Source: Vicugna vicugna (lineage: Eukaryota). From it: a stretch of DNA of 64,000 nt. The notes beneath the pieces are model-generated. The model was given only the letters and a program-made list of their open reading frames with translations, did not search any database and had not been told where the DNA came from. The stretch lies in the NCBI GenBank assembly GCA_013265495.1, contig MU062317.1, positions 682,001 to 746,000 on the forward strand, read 5' to 3'. Made by a program: the position numbers and the translations under genes. Positions 1-12,200 of the stretch are shown here, piece after piece; within the stretch, counting starts at the first letter, position 1; each line of letters begins with the position of its first letter.

Positions 1-2549
1 GCGCTCCCCTCGGCCCTCTGTGGGGGCGTCCCTGAAGCCCCTGTCGTGGCCCCTTGGCCCCCGAAGGCAGGACACCCTCCCGCTAAGAGGGGGTCTCGGG
101 AGCCTCAGTGCTGTGAGGAGTTTTGCGCCTCCTGGTAACCCAGCCCGCCTGCATCAGAGAGCGGGAAGGTGACGTGAAGGAGGCTGCCCTGCCTCGTCCA
201 GCCCGCGCTGCCCCCCGGCCCCGCCGCTCGCCGCTTGGGCCTCGCCGTGGCCCCCGTTTTATAAAGTGGAGCGGGAGGCCGAGAGAGACACAGCAGCGCA
301 TTCAGGGTCACATGGCCAGGGGGTGGCAGACGGGGGCGGCATCGTGGCCCCTCCCCCGGCCCCCTGCCCCAGGTCCCACAGAGGCTGGCGCTCAGGCCCC
401 CTCTGGGGGTAGCCTGCTGGCCTCTCAGGAGCGGGGGCGGCCCCTTGCTCGTTCCACGTGGCCCGCACTGGCAGTGTCCGGCACAGGGTGGGCGTCCGGC
501 GAGTGTCTTTTGAGCGACCTGCCCTTACAGATTCAGAGACTGGGGCTGGAGGGGCGGCCCCCTGGGCTCACTGCACACCGGCGGGCCGTGGAGCCCCACG
601 TGACCTCGGGCCTTCCGTCGCAAAGCCCCTGCCTCGTTCCTGCAAGGGCCGCCATCTGGGCCTTTCTGAGGCTGGGCCCTCTGACAGGCTGAGCTCTGGC
701 TGTGGGCGAGGGAGCCCGACCCGGGCTGGGATCCCTCCAGACAGGACGGCAGGGTTTCCGATCCATCCGAGGTGCTGAGAGTTAAAAGCTTTCATTTCCT
801 GACTCTGGCTAGTCCATCCCCCGTGTGAGTAGATGCTGGCAGGTGCGGTTTTGGTCAAGGCCAAGGCAGGAGAGACACAGCCCTGTGTCAACAGTCGGAG
901 CCAGCGGGAGACAGAAAGACGAGAGGCCCGCCTGCCCCTGAGGGCCTGCCAGACCCCCAAAGCTCAGGGCCCTGAGCAGTTTCCCGGGAGGAGGCCCCAG
1001 GACATGCAGCTTGCCGGCATCTGAGTGGCTGCAGTCTGGACGCCCACAGCCGGCTGCAGGACTGGACGTGGGAATGAACAGGCTGGGTCCTCAAGCCTGA
1101 GCCCTGACCGGCCAAGTCCAGGTGTGACTCTCTGATGCCACAGTCCTCAGACTCGGGGCTCAGTGAGAGGAAGCGGATGCCTCCTAATAGTGAACCCCGG
1201 CATGCCCGGGGGCCTGTGGCCAGCCAGCTGCCATGAGGACACGCCCTGGGCAGAGGAGGGATGGGCTGCATCTCGCCCCGTCCTGGAAGCTTCCACCACA
1301 GAGCTGGGGGTTCCTGGGCCAGGGAGACTGAGGCTCCAGGCAGCCCCTTTCCTCCGAATCACAGGGGTTCCAGCTTTGCCCCCACTGGTCCAGGGGCTCC
1401 AGCTGAGAGGCTGGGTTATCTGGGGTGACTTGGAGCTTGCAGCGGCCCACGGCACACCTCAGGAGGGAAGGCATCTCCTCTCTCTGTGCAGCTCCTGAAA
1501 GTGGAAACAGCCTCTCCTGGCAGGGCTGGAGACAGGTGTGTGCAGACGGCTGGGTAGGGGCCAGCTCCCGGGAAGGGCAGGCCTTCTGCCCTGCCTCTCC
1601 GCCTGCCCGGCGGGTGGGAGAGCCCTCGTCCCTCACTTGTCCCGGCAGGCCCTCCTCTTTGGGCGTCTGGCCTCCAAGCTGGACTCTTCTGCTGCCTGTG
1701 TCTCTTGGCTGCCTTTTATCTCTCGGTCCTTCCCTTCGGTAACGATGGCTGCACCTTCCCCACCCAGTATTTTCTCCAGGCTCCCCTTGCCCGCAGAAGA
1801 GGATCTGGGCTCGGCCTCCACCCCATCCTCCCCACTCCTCACCGCTGAGCGGCTGGGCTCCTGACCCCCAGAGCCCTCAGCCAAACCCCAGATGCCATCA
1901 CTCCCTGCTCCCCGGGGCCTGGCCAGAGCCGCTCCGGGGCTGGGGTGGGGGCAGCACCAGCACGCAGAGGGGCGAGTTTTCCTTCTGCCTAGCGAGGAAA
2001 CCTTGGGAAAGATCCCACGAGATGCCTGTGAGGTTGAGACCCGTGGGCCAGTGCATCTCCCGTGGAAAGGCCTTGGGGGAGGTGTGGGCACTCAGAGCGG
2101 AGACGGGATTCAATTCTGAATCCTGTGACTCAGAACTGCTGTCTGCGCTCGAGGTGACGGCCACTGTCTCGGAGCCCCGTCTGTGCGGTAGGAGGCCTCA
2201 AGGACTTATGGGTACCATTTGGGCCTCAGAGGCAGGGCGGCCATGGCCAGCCCTGCCAGCTGCAGCATGGGCACCTTGGAAGTCAGTGTGAGTGCTGGCT
2301 GGACCTGGGCACCTGGCCAGAGCTGGCTGCCACCTCCATGACCCCCGTGAGCAGGCTCAGCCTTTGGGTGAGGAAAGGGCAGCAGGAGTGACCATGACCG
2401 AGGGGGCCCAGCGGGCTGTGTGGGTGGCTGGAAGTGGCCTGGTGATGTGCCCGGTCATGGCTTTGCCCGTTTGTTTTGGCTGGCTGGGCGCCCGCTGTGG
2501 GCCAGGCCCAGGCGTACGGCTTTGGCCAAACTCCCCGCCTGGCATTCAC

Positions 2550-2700
2550 TCCTCTCAGGCCTTCCCTGCCTCTGCCCCAAAAAGTCCTCCAACAAGCCAG
2601 TCTCCCTCTCCCCTCTACCTGTCCAAAGTCCAGCCCAGGCCCACCTCCTCCAGGAAGCCTTCCCATCACACTGCCTTCACCATCTCTCCTCCACTGAGTA
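2550..2700 (+). mobile_element. LINE-2 3' fragment
   Basis: gcccaggcccacctcctccaggaagccttccc, typical L2 3' motif. Confidence 0.45.
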
Positions 2701-5700
2701 CAGCATGTGCCCCGGGGCTGTCTGTGCACCCCTTCTGTGGTCACTGCAGTCCCTGCAGCTCAGATGTCCCCGCTGAGAGCCAGGCCTCGGGGGCTGTGCC
2801 CCTGGTGGGGCTGTGTCAGCATTCCAGGGCTCAGGTGCTCCCAGGGCTGGACCCCGCCTCATCCTGACCTTCACATGGCCACAGGGGAGTGAGTCGAGGC
2901 AGCAGGGAGGGCCTTGTCACGTGCACACGTGCACACGTGCACAGGAGGCCTCCAGCACAGCCTGGGTCTGGCCTGCAGTGGGCTCCTCCCCTGGGGTTGC
3001 CCAGGCCTTGGGTTCCCTGGCACAGTGCGGGGTCTGGATGCCCCCCAAGCTGTCTGATCTCTGGAGGAGAGCGTGTGTGACGGAGGCCATTCCAGCTTGG
3101 GCTCCCCCGGGGGGCCGTGTGTGTCAGAGGAGGGGCTGGTCCGTTTCTGCCTGGCCTCCGCCCAGGGCAGCTGCAGTCAGGAACGGCTGTTGGGCTCTCG
3201 GAAACAACCGTGGTCTTAATTTCCCTTCCTTTGGCTTGGGTGAGGAGCCAGATGGGTAATGGGTTTACCATGAGGCAGAGGCCGGATGGCTCCAGAGGCC
3301 AGGCCCAGCGCTCTGCTCCTGAAATGAACTGCGGCCCTGGGAGCGGGGGGAAGGGATGTTCTGGGGCAGTTGGTCTGCATTGCGGCAGGATGGGCCGCGT
3401 GTGACCTCAGGCTGAAAACGGACCTCCTGGCCTGGGCTCTGGACGTCCGGGCGGAAGCAGTCAGGCAGGCGTTTGTCCCCGGCGGGCCTGGGGGTGGTCG
3501 GGGGGGCTTTGGGGCCGAGCGGCCTTGAGTCCCTGAAGGCGGAATGAAGAGACGTCTGAGAGACCCCCTTCCAGCACCCTCCCGGCTCTCTCCCCGGCAG
3601 CCGAGGCCTGTCGGGGGCCGGTCCTGCTCACAGCGCCCCGTTGGCTCCCATGCTGTGGTCCCGGCCTTCGGGGTCCTCCAGCCCGGCCTCTGCCCTCCCA
3701 GCCCCGACACCAGTCACCTGACAGCCTGACTGCAGTGGGAGATGCTGGTGGAGGGAGAGCCCGAGCCTGGAGCCCCCGGGCAGCCACTCCAGGCTCCAGT
3801 GGCCTCGTTCTGGGTCCGCCCGCCCACCTGTGAGTGGGCGCGGCCTGGCCCCAACTCCGAGAGGTGCCCGGCACAGAGGGCACTGGGGGTGTGCAGGTGG
3901 TCAGTGACCGCTGCTCCCCCGGCGTCTGCTGTGTCCCTGGAACTTCACCCTTGAAACCTGGCAGCTTGGGGTCGTGGGGTGACCTCTGAGGGCTCCTCTG
4001 ACTGTCAGTCCTCTCTCTCCTGCACTGTCAGCGCCTCCAGATGGTTTTAGTCCCTCCTGAGAAGTTGATACCCAGGGATGCCCCGTCCCCCAGGTAGACG
4101 GGGAGGGCCAGGGTCCCCTTCGGGCTGGACAGGGCGCCCAGTCTTGGTCTCCTCATGTCCCACTGAGGGGCCTTCTCTCCTCATTCCGTGACCCCGGGAA
4201 CCCCTGTGAGGCAGCCCCTGACCCCTGCAGGCACCCCATGCTCCGGGCCCAGCCTAGCTTCCCCCCCAGCAGCTGCTCCTCGTCCAGAGCCTGAGACAGC
4301 CTGCACGGCGGGCATCGCCTCGCTCACAGCAGGCTGGCAGCAGGTCAGGTCTCCTAACCGCGAGGCAGGGCGTGCGGGCCCTCGAGAGGCTTCACGGACG
4401 AAGTGTCTGTGAGCACAAGGGATGGATACCACACGTGCTGGGAGGAGGCTCAGCCCTGCTCTGCTTCCTGCCAGCCCCAGGAACAGGGCAGTTCTGCTCC
4501 CTGAACCCCCAGTGTCCGGGGTCTGTGGTGGGGTGGGCCCAGCCCTGAGGGGTCCGTGGCCGTTGGGGGTCAGCGTTGGGCCCTCACCCCAGCCTGGGTC
4601 CTGGCAGAGGAGCTTGGTGGCCGCCCAGCTTGGAGAGGAAAGCTGGAGCCGGCCTGGCGGGTGGAGGGGAGCGGCTCCTTCTGCTGACACACAGACATTC
4701 CACGGGGCAGAGGCACCCAGCCCGAGTTTCCGCATCGAGAAAGCATTTCCCAAAGAGCTTCCAGACCACAGCCGCAGGCCTGGATCTGCTTGGTGGCACC
4801 GAGGAGGGCAGAGGGCTCTGTCTGAGCTGCTGGTGGCATTCCGAGCTTGGTGGCCGCTGCCACTCATGCTGTGCCCAAGTCCCCACGCCCAGCCTGGTGG
4901 GGACGGAGGCCCAGAGCCATTGCCCCCGCCATGCCTCCAGTCCTTCAGGGAGGCGCTGCTCGAGCTCATCTATACCACAGGTTGTCCTGGGCTCTGGGGA
5001 CCTGATCATAACCCTCAGCTGGGTGGGGAGACATCACTGCATCCCAGAACCGTGTCCTGCCCAGAGTGGGCACACAGGTCACAGCTGCGGGAAAGGAGTG
5101 AGTGTGTGAGTGAGTGCTTAAATGTGGAGGAGGGACGGGCTGGCCGCAGGGGGATCACAGAGGCGGCAGAGACTGGCTCTGGGGTGAGCCAGCTGGGGAG
5201 GTTTTGCAGAGAAGGGGCCTCTGAGTTGGCACTCAATGGATGCATAGGGGCTCACTGTTCACCAGGCGGGAGGGAGGGAAGGTGGGCTTCTCGGCTGCTG
5301 CAGGAGCGGGGGCTCTGGGAGGGCAAGGCCACCCAGAGAGGGATGGAAGAGCCAGGATCTGGGGCCAGTTCTAGGAACGCTCTGCCCAGGGTCCGGCATG
5401 GGTGCTGAGGGCCCTTTGGTGGCCCCGCCCGGAGGAGCCCAGGGCTAGGTTCCGGCTGACAGTCTGGGATCCCTGTGGCGAGGGGCAGCGGAAGACCCTG
5501 TGGTGGCCCCAGCTCAGGCACCCTTCCTCCTCCTCCTGGGCCTCTGCCCCCATCACTGAGAACCCACGGGTGCCCCCGAAGGGGAGCCAGCCGCCGGGCA
5601 CCCGCTGAGGCCCCGGCTCCAGGAGCCTGGATGAGGGTGCCCGGTGAGGACAGGGCGTGGGTCCAAGCCAGACCCGCCCCCATCGGCAGCCCACCTCTGT

Positions 5701-6149
5701 CCCGCGTGACCTTGGGAGGTCATTTCTCCTCTGGAAAAGGACAGTAGAAAAAAGGGTGTCTGGGCCCCTGAGGCGGGCACCCAGCTGGTAGCAGAGTGAG
5801 GATTTAATTGCAAACCTGTCTGGGAGGGGTGGAGAGGACAGGTGGACGGGAAGTGCGGGGCGAGAGGGGAGGAAGGAGGCAGGAGGGGCTGTCCGTGTGT
5901 GGTGAAGGATGCTGGGGGTGGCGTGCGGGGCACGTCTGAGCCTCCAGGGCAGAAACGCTGCGGGTCCTTCGCCCAGACTTGCAAGCGCTCGGCACTCGGG
6001 AAGCCTTGTGCTTCAGGAGCTGCCCCTGGACACTTGACTGGCTTCGTTATTGGCCGATCTCCTCCTTCCTGGCCCCATTTTGCCTTCCAAAGTCACGGGT
6101 ACCCCATAGCTGTGGGACCATGGGCCCCTGAGCTGGTTGAATCCAGACT

Positions 6150-6255
6150 CCTACCTGCTGTACAGATGAAGAAACTGGGGCCCAGCGGGGTCGTGGGACT
6201 TGTCTGTGCCGTCCAGCTCTTCAGTGGGCTGGGACCCACGTCAGCTGCCCCCAGA
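6150..6255 (-). mobile_element. MIR SINE fragment
   Basis: tgtacagatgaagaaactggggcccagcggggtcgtgggacttg ~ MIR core ttacagatgaggaaactgaggc. Confidence 0.55.
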
Positions 6256-6856
6256 TTGTGCTGGGCTCACCCCAGATGCTGCCCCCTGCTGGGCGCTGGA
6301 GACATGGCCCGAAGCAACCCCAGTCCTGCCCCAGAGGCCGTGGGAGTGAATGAATGACCCCTGCTCAGTGAGTTGGGAGTCCTGGTTGATGTAAGGGTAG
6401 TGGCATCCCAGGGTGGGATGAGAGGCCACAGGAGCGGTCCCCGGCCAGCTCGTGGGCACTGCGGTACTGGGGCGCTGGCTCCCGTGGAAGCGGGGCAGTC
6501 CTTGGGTCCCTCAACCCTTCCCAGGCTGGCCTGGATGGCCTCTGGGATGCTTTGGGAGCACGGCTGCATCTACCACGGAGCAGGGAAATGGGCAGTTCCC
6601 AGCACACCGGCCCTCCGACACTCTGCTCCTCGGCCCGGGGTGTCTGCCTGAGTGTAGGGCCTGGCAGGGGTCAGGCATACAGACCTGGACACTGACTCTC
6701 AGTGACTCCCAGTGAAGCACTTTCCTCGACCTCTCAGTCCCCACTGTGCTGATCTCCGTGTGTTACGGACATGGGCACAGAGAGGTTCCGGGCTCCCTTG
6801 AGGCCGCACAGCACTGCCCCATACTAGCAGAGCCAGGGCTGGGCTTGGGGAAGACC

Positions 6857-7160
6857 CGTGCTGTCCCACAGAAACAGAATGTGAGCCGCACACGAGAACC
6901 ATACATGGAGTCTCACATTTTCTCGAAGTCGCACCAAAAAAGCAAAAGGAAATCGGCATGATCCATTTCAGTGCTGGGTTTTATTGAATGTGGTGTGCCC
7001 AGATGCAGTCATCCCAGCACGCGGTCCACAGGAAAGCCGTCAAGGGGGCAGTTCTCCTTTTCTTATTCGTACCAAGAAGACTGTACGAGCCCCCCCGCCC
7101 CCGGATTTAGGACAAGCCGCACTTCAAGCGCTCAGTGGCCATGGGTTAGCCCAGGGCCAG
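6857..7160. mobile_element. MER33/MER3-like hAT-Charlie DNA transposon fossil
   Basis: gtgctgtcccacagaaacagaatgtgagccgcac ... ttaggacaagccgcacttcaagcgctcagtggcca resembles the two ends of the MER33 consensus as recalled. Confidence 0.6.
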
Positions 7161-8559
7161 ACTCCCGGCACCTGCCTTTCCCTGCCGGGGACCTTGCCAA
7201 GGGGCTCTGGGGCTCTGCCCCCTTCCCTGTGACACAGGCCAGTCCGGGAGCCCTTTCCCAGGGCTGACGAGACTTGGAGGACAATGGGGGAGACGAGGCG
7301 GGGTGAGGCCCCCGCTTCCGCAGATGCTCCGGTCCTACAGGATGTCAGGGTGGAGGCTGCGTGAGCAGCGGGAGCGACACCTTGAGGGGCTGCCTCAGCG
7401 AGGGGCGCCGACAGAGGAAGCCCAGGCTCTGCTGTCCGTTGGGGAGGGTGATCTTGAGTCACAATTTCCCTCAGGTGTCCCTTTGCACTTTCCTGAGTGA
7501 CAGCTTATCTCCACCTGCCCTTGCCCCCTGCAGCCTGGCTGGTGGCTGCCCGGGAGGGGACCCGCAGGCTTCTGTTAGCAGTGAGCTATTGGCAAATGAG
7601 ATGCGCGTTGGGGTGATAAACAGTGCTGACCCATGTGGAGGTCACCCTTCCAACAGCCCAGCAGTGCGTCTATCTGGGAGATTAAGGGAGGCTCCCCTGG
7701 AGTCCGAGGGCTGCTGTGACGCCCAGAGGAAGGACAGGAGAGAGGCTCCCCCTGGAGACCTGGGCAGAGAGGCGGGCTGGCCTGTTTCTGCACTGCCAGG
7801 TGCCTGGCAGGTGGGGGCCGATGGGGTGAGCTGGTGTGTGGACTGCAGACAGCACTGAGCAAGGTGAGACTGTATCTCTCCCACGAGCTTGAGGTCGCCT
7901 CCTGGAACCCTGCCTACGGGTGGGCTGGGCAGAGTGACAGCCCGCAGAGCCTTTGCCCCAGCAGTTTCCGGGGAGGTGGAGGGCAGGGCCAGGTTAGGTG
8001 GGGTGCCATGGGTAAGACATCTGGGGGTCAGCTGCATGCGATGAGAGCTGGGGCCAAGTTCTCGCCAGGTCTGAACGCACAGGTCCCCTTGGAGGCACAG
8101 CCACTGTGGCCTCACCACCCCTGGGGAGGCTGCTTCAGACACATCTGGAACCTCAGGCTGTGCCCATGACAAACACGGGGTCTGCGGTCGGATGTTTGTC
8201 CCGAGGCAGCCTGACACCTGGGGCTAGCTGTCCCTGCTAGCTGTGGGTCCCTCCTATCTGCTGTTGGGGTGCAGTGGCCCCCTCTCCCAGGCTCCCTCTG
8301 GGTACCAGCCCTGGTCCGCTGGAGGGCATGCTAGTGCTGGGACCAGGACACTGGGCTTGGAGGCTGATGTCATCACCCCCAGGAATTCCACTATAATGGT
8401 GATGTGGCCTCAAAGTCCGCCCCCACCTTCCCTACTCTTCCCAAACCTGGCAGAGCTCCACCCCATTGGGCTGCCTCTGCAGAGCCCCGGGGCCTTGCCA
8501 GGGTGGCCTCCTTCCCTACTGTGGGTTGTCTAACTTGTTGGCGCAGGGGCACGTCCGTG

Positions 8560-9260
8560 CGAGTGCCTGTGCGGCTGTGTATGTGCCTGCGCCCGTCTGT
8601 GCAGGGTTCTGTGGGTCTTGCGTGCGTGCTGCACACGTGGGTCTGCCGGTGCAGGGGTCTGCGTGTTTGCGCGGGGGCGCCTGTGTTGGTCGATGGGCCG
8701 GGGTGTGTGTCCGGGGACGTGAGCGCGCGCGCCGGAATGCGCGGGGCGGGCGGATGGCCTTTACCTGCGGGGGGCGGAGGGAAAGCCGAGAACAGAAAGG
8801 CGAGGGGCGGGGCGCGCCGGCCCGCAGCGGCTCCAGCGGCTCCGAGCGGAGCGAGCGGAGCGGAGCCGACGGGCCATGGAGGCGCCCCGCGGGCGCGGCG
8901 GGCTGGCGGCGCTCTGGTGCCTCGGGCTGCTGGGCGGCCTGGCGCGCGTCGCGGGCACGCACTACCGCTACCTGTGGAGGGGCTGCTACCCGTGCCACCT
9001 GGGCCAGGCCGGCTACCCTGTGAGCACCGGCGACCGGAGGCCAGGTGGGCGCGGGCGGGCTCTGCGCGCGCTGCCTTTGTTTCCTTTTTAAAATTTTGCG
9101 CCGGCGGCTGACAGCGCGGCTGGAGGGAGCGGGGCTGGAGGGAGCGGGGCTGGGGCAGTGTCGGGGAGGCAGCCGCTGCTCTGGGACGGGGCGGCGTGCC
9201 CTGAGTCATCGGAGGGTCCCGTTCCCTCTCTGGCCTGGCTGCGGGGGTGCTGACAGCAGA
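8560..9260 (+). promoter_or_regulatory. CpG island / internal TATA-less promoter of MEGF6
   Basis: Dense CpG around the ATG exon, GC boxes (ggggcggg near 8743 and 8804), GGAATG (TEAD/MCAT-type) at 8734-8739. Confidence 0.8.
8876..9044 (+). CDS. MEGF6: MEGF6 alternative first coding exon (signal peptide + unique N-terminus)
   Basis: [56 protein letters not shown]; Kozak gccATGg; donor ccag|gtgggc, phase 1, joins to G|AT (Asp) of the next exon. Confidence 0.9.
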
Positions 9261-12200
9261 GCTGGCTCTTGACCAGAGGAAAGAGAAACATCCCCTGCCT
9301 TTGCCGGTGGGCACAAGGGCTGCACTCCCCAGGGGGTTAAGTAGAAGGGCAGGGTAGGTGAGTAGCCTCAAGAGAGATGCCCCTGGGGTCCTGGAGCAGG
9401 GTCTTCCTGTCTAGGGTCCCCGGAGCCTGGGCCCCTTGCAGGTGTGTGTGCATGTAGCCGGTGGCATCCTGTCACCTCCCCGCAAGGCTCGGGAGTGCGG
9501 TCCGCCCAGCGGGCTGCAGGCTCAGCTGGGAGGACCCTGGCAGCCTGCGAGAAGCAGCTCTGCCTCTGGGTCTGCCCTGCTGCTCCCTGCAGTTCGGGTC
9601 TGGTGCCCATGCCAGCCTCCCTGCAGAAGCTCTTGGAGCTTCCATGCGATCCTCGGAGCTTGGAGTCCGGCACCCTCAGGAATGCGAGGTGGGGTGTGGC
9701 ATTCAGCTCCCACTGAGTCATCGCTGGGGATGCTCCAGAGGACACCCAGCTTAGGGCAGAACTGTGCCTGCCCGTGGAGCCTGAGGCCCAGCCACCGCAG
9801 CGCCCACCTGTGTCAGGGCTCTGAAGCCTCGGGACTGCCGCAGGGCTGTGGCTGGCTGACAGGAGCAGGCAAGTCCGGAGCAGGACTGTTTTAAAGAAAA
9901 GCAGGGCCAGGTTTCTGCTCCCCTACAGGCCACCCCCCCACCGGCCCCTGAATGTGGCTCTGTACAGGGCATCTGGTCTCCTTGGAGGCATCAGCCCTGC
10001 TCAGCTGTCCTCTGGGCCAGTCTGTGCCGCTCTCCATGACGGGAAGCACACAGACCACTGAGTTGTGGGGCTGGACTGTGGCCAAGTCCGCTGTCTCCTC
10101 TGGCTTTGTCACTTGGCCAGGGGGTCCTTGGAACCCTACCCATGAGATAAGCAGCCCTCCCACTGGGTGGCTCAGCCAAGGCTGGCGCTGTCACTCCACC
10201 ACTGGTGGCACTAAATGCTGTGAGACCGTGTAGCATCCAAAGGCCTGGGGCTGGATGGGGCTTGGCGGGGCTTGGCGGGGCTGGGTTCCGAGGAGCCGGG
10301 AACTCCCACGCTGTTCTGAGGCCTGCTTGGGCTTGTGGAGGGACTAGAAGAAGGGCCTGTGGCACGAGGACACTGCGGCATGTTTGGGGGAGAGCAGGAC
10401 TCTGAACTTGGTAACCCCCAAGTGGAGCTTTCTGGCAGAATCCCAGGGGCTCAGAGCTTCCTGTTAGTGTGGGTGAGGCTTCAAGAAGGGCTGACTTGGG
10501 GTGGTTTCCACAGGGGCAGCTGATTCAGCCCTGGCTGCAAGCTCCTGGGAGTGACCGGGTAAGTGTCCCAGCAGCATCGTGATGGGCCCCCCGAGCTTGG
10601 CAGACACCGCTCCTAGGGGACTGGCCCTCTGTGCAGTGATGGGTTGCCGTGTGCCGGTGTGTGACACGGTCCCCATCGCTGGGCTGCCAAGTCCCCAGTC
10701 ACACATGTCAGTTGAGGGCAGCAGTGAGACCCCAGGGGCTGTCCTGTCTAGCTCTGTGTTTTAAGATAGCCGCACTCCAGATCTGCCGGACAGCTGCAGC
10801 CCAGGGGCAGCCCTGAGCCTTCCGAGCCCATGGCTTTCAGATGGCGCCCCGGGGCAGGCGGGAGGTGTGCAGGCAGAAGACGCCGGTGGCGTCCGGAAGG
10901 AGCAGATTTTGTCTCCGAACTCTGGGGGAAGCGTGGCAGAGGAGTCCGCCTCCAAGCTCCCTTTCACCAGGGGGTGTCCACACCGCCCTGGGGACCAGCA
11001 CCCCTCTGTGCTGTCGGCAGAGTGGGCTGTGTGCTCCGTCGTGGAGAGCGGCACAGACTGGCCCAGAGGACTGCTGAGCAGGGCCGGTGTCTCCAAGGAG
11101 ACCAGATGACCGGATATTTTTTGCTGTAGATTCAGTCTCCGGGGCTGATGCTTGGCTGGGGCCCTAGGGCGCCAGTCCCACTGCCGGGATCGCCGGGTGT
11201 GGTCAGTGCGGCGTGGCGATGAGGGCTGCCCTGCAGCGCTGGACCGGGGGTGGGGGGTGCCGCCAGCACCCCGGAGAGCACCGCAGCCCTCCCTGCGGCT
11301 GTCTGGAGGCCGGGCTGGCCAGAGTGCACTCTGGGGAACCTGGATCTTCTGCTCGGGTGGTCTGAGCCCCTGGGGCTCTGGAAAAGACTGCTGCGATAGT
11401 TGCTTGCTCTGCTCAGTCCCTGTGGCTGCTGGACTCATCACCCCGACCTAGCGACTTAGAAACCACCCGGTCTGCTCCCTGACGGTCTGGAGGTCAGGAG
11501 CCCCAGCAGGGCTGCGGTGAGAGGCTGGCGAGCCGGCCCCTCCTGGCCCCTCCTGCCTCCCTGCTTTGGAGGCGCCTACACTCCTTGGCTGCTCTTCCTC
11601 CTCCAAGCCAGCGGCCCAGCATCCTCCACTCTTCGTTTCCCAGGCCCCCCTTCCTCTCTCTCATTTATGACGTGATGACGTTGGACCCACCTGGACCCTC
11701 CAGGATAACCTCCCATCTCATGGTTCTTAACTTAATCCCACCTGCAAAGTCCCCTTTGCCACGGAAGGCTCCAGGGATTGGGGTGCGGGCCTCTTCCTGG
11801 CGCTTTTATTCAGCTGGCCCCACTCTCCTGGAAGACCCGAGCCTGGGGCTCCTCAGGTCACAGCGTGACAACTAGGGCAGCAGCAGGGGGTCACTGGAGG
11901 TGGCTGAGAACACGTGGCCGCCTCGGGAGGGGCCAGCTGGGTTGGGTGACGCCTTCCTGCTTTGAGGGGCTGAGATCTGAAAGCTGGGGGGCACCCCAGC
12001 GGGAGGTCATCTGGCCAAATGCCTGCCTGCCCGTAAGCAGAGACGTGGAGGGGAGGCCTCAGATGCTTCGGCCTGGAGCTGCCCCGCTGTGTCTGAGTAA
12101 TCACGGCCCCCGCCTGTGCCGCTGGTCATAGGTCCTGTCTCTCCAAAGGGCAGTGCACTTTGGGGAAGGGAAGGGCTCCCGGGGCACCGTGGGGACACCT

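Noticed and set aside
1-8875. miR-551a, which lies in the large human MEGF6 intron
   Set aside because: Mature sequence GCGACCCACTCTTGGTTTCCA not found by eye; probably upstream of the window
8391-9371. 326-aa antisense ORF over the MEGF6 promoter
   Set aside because: CpG-island composition artefact, low complexity
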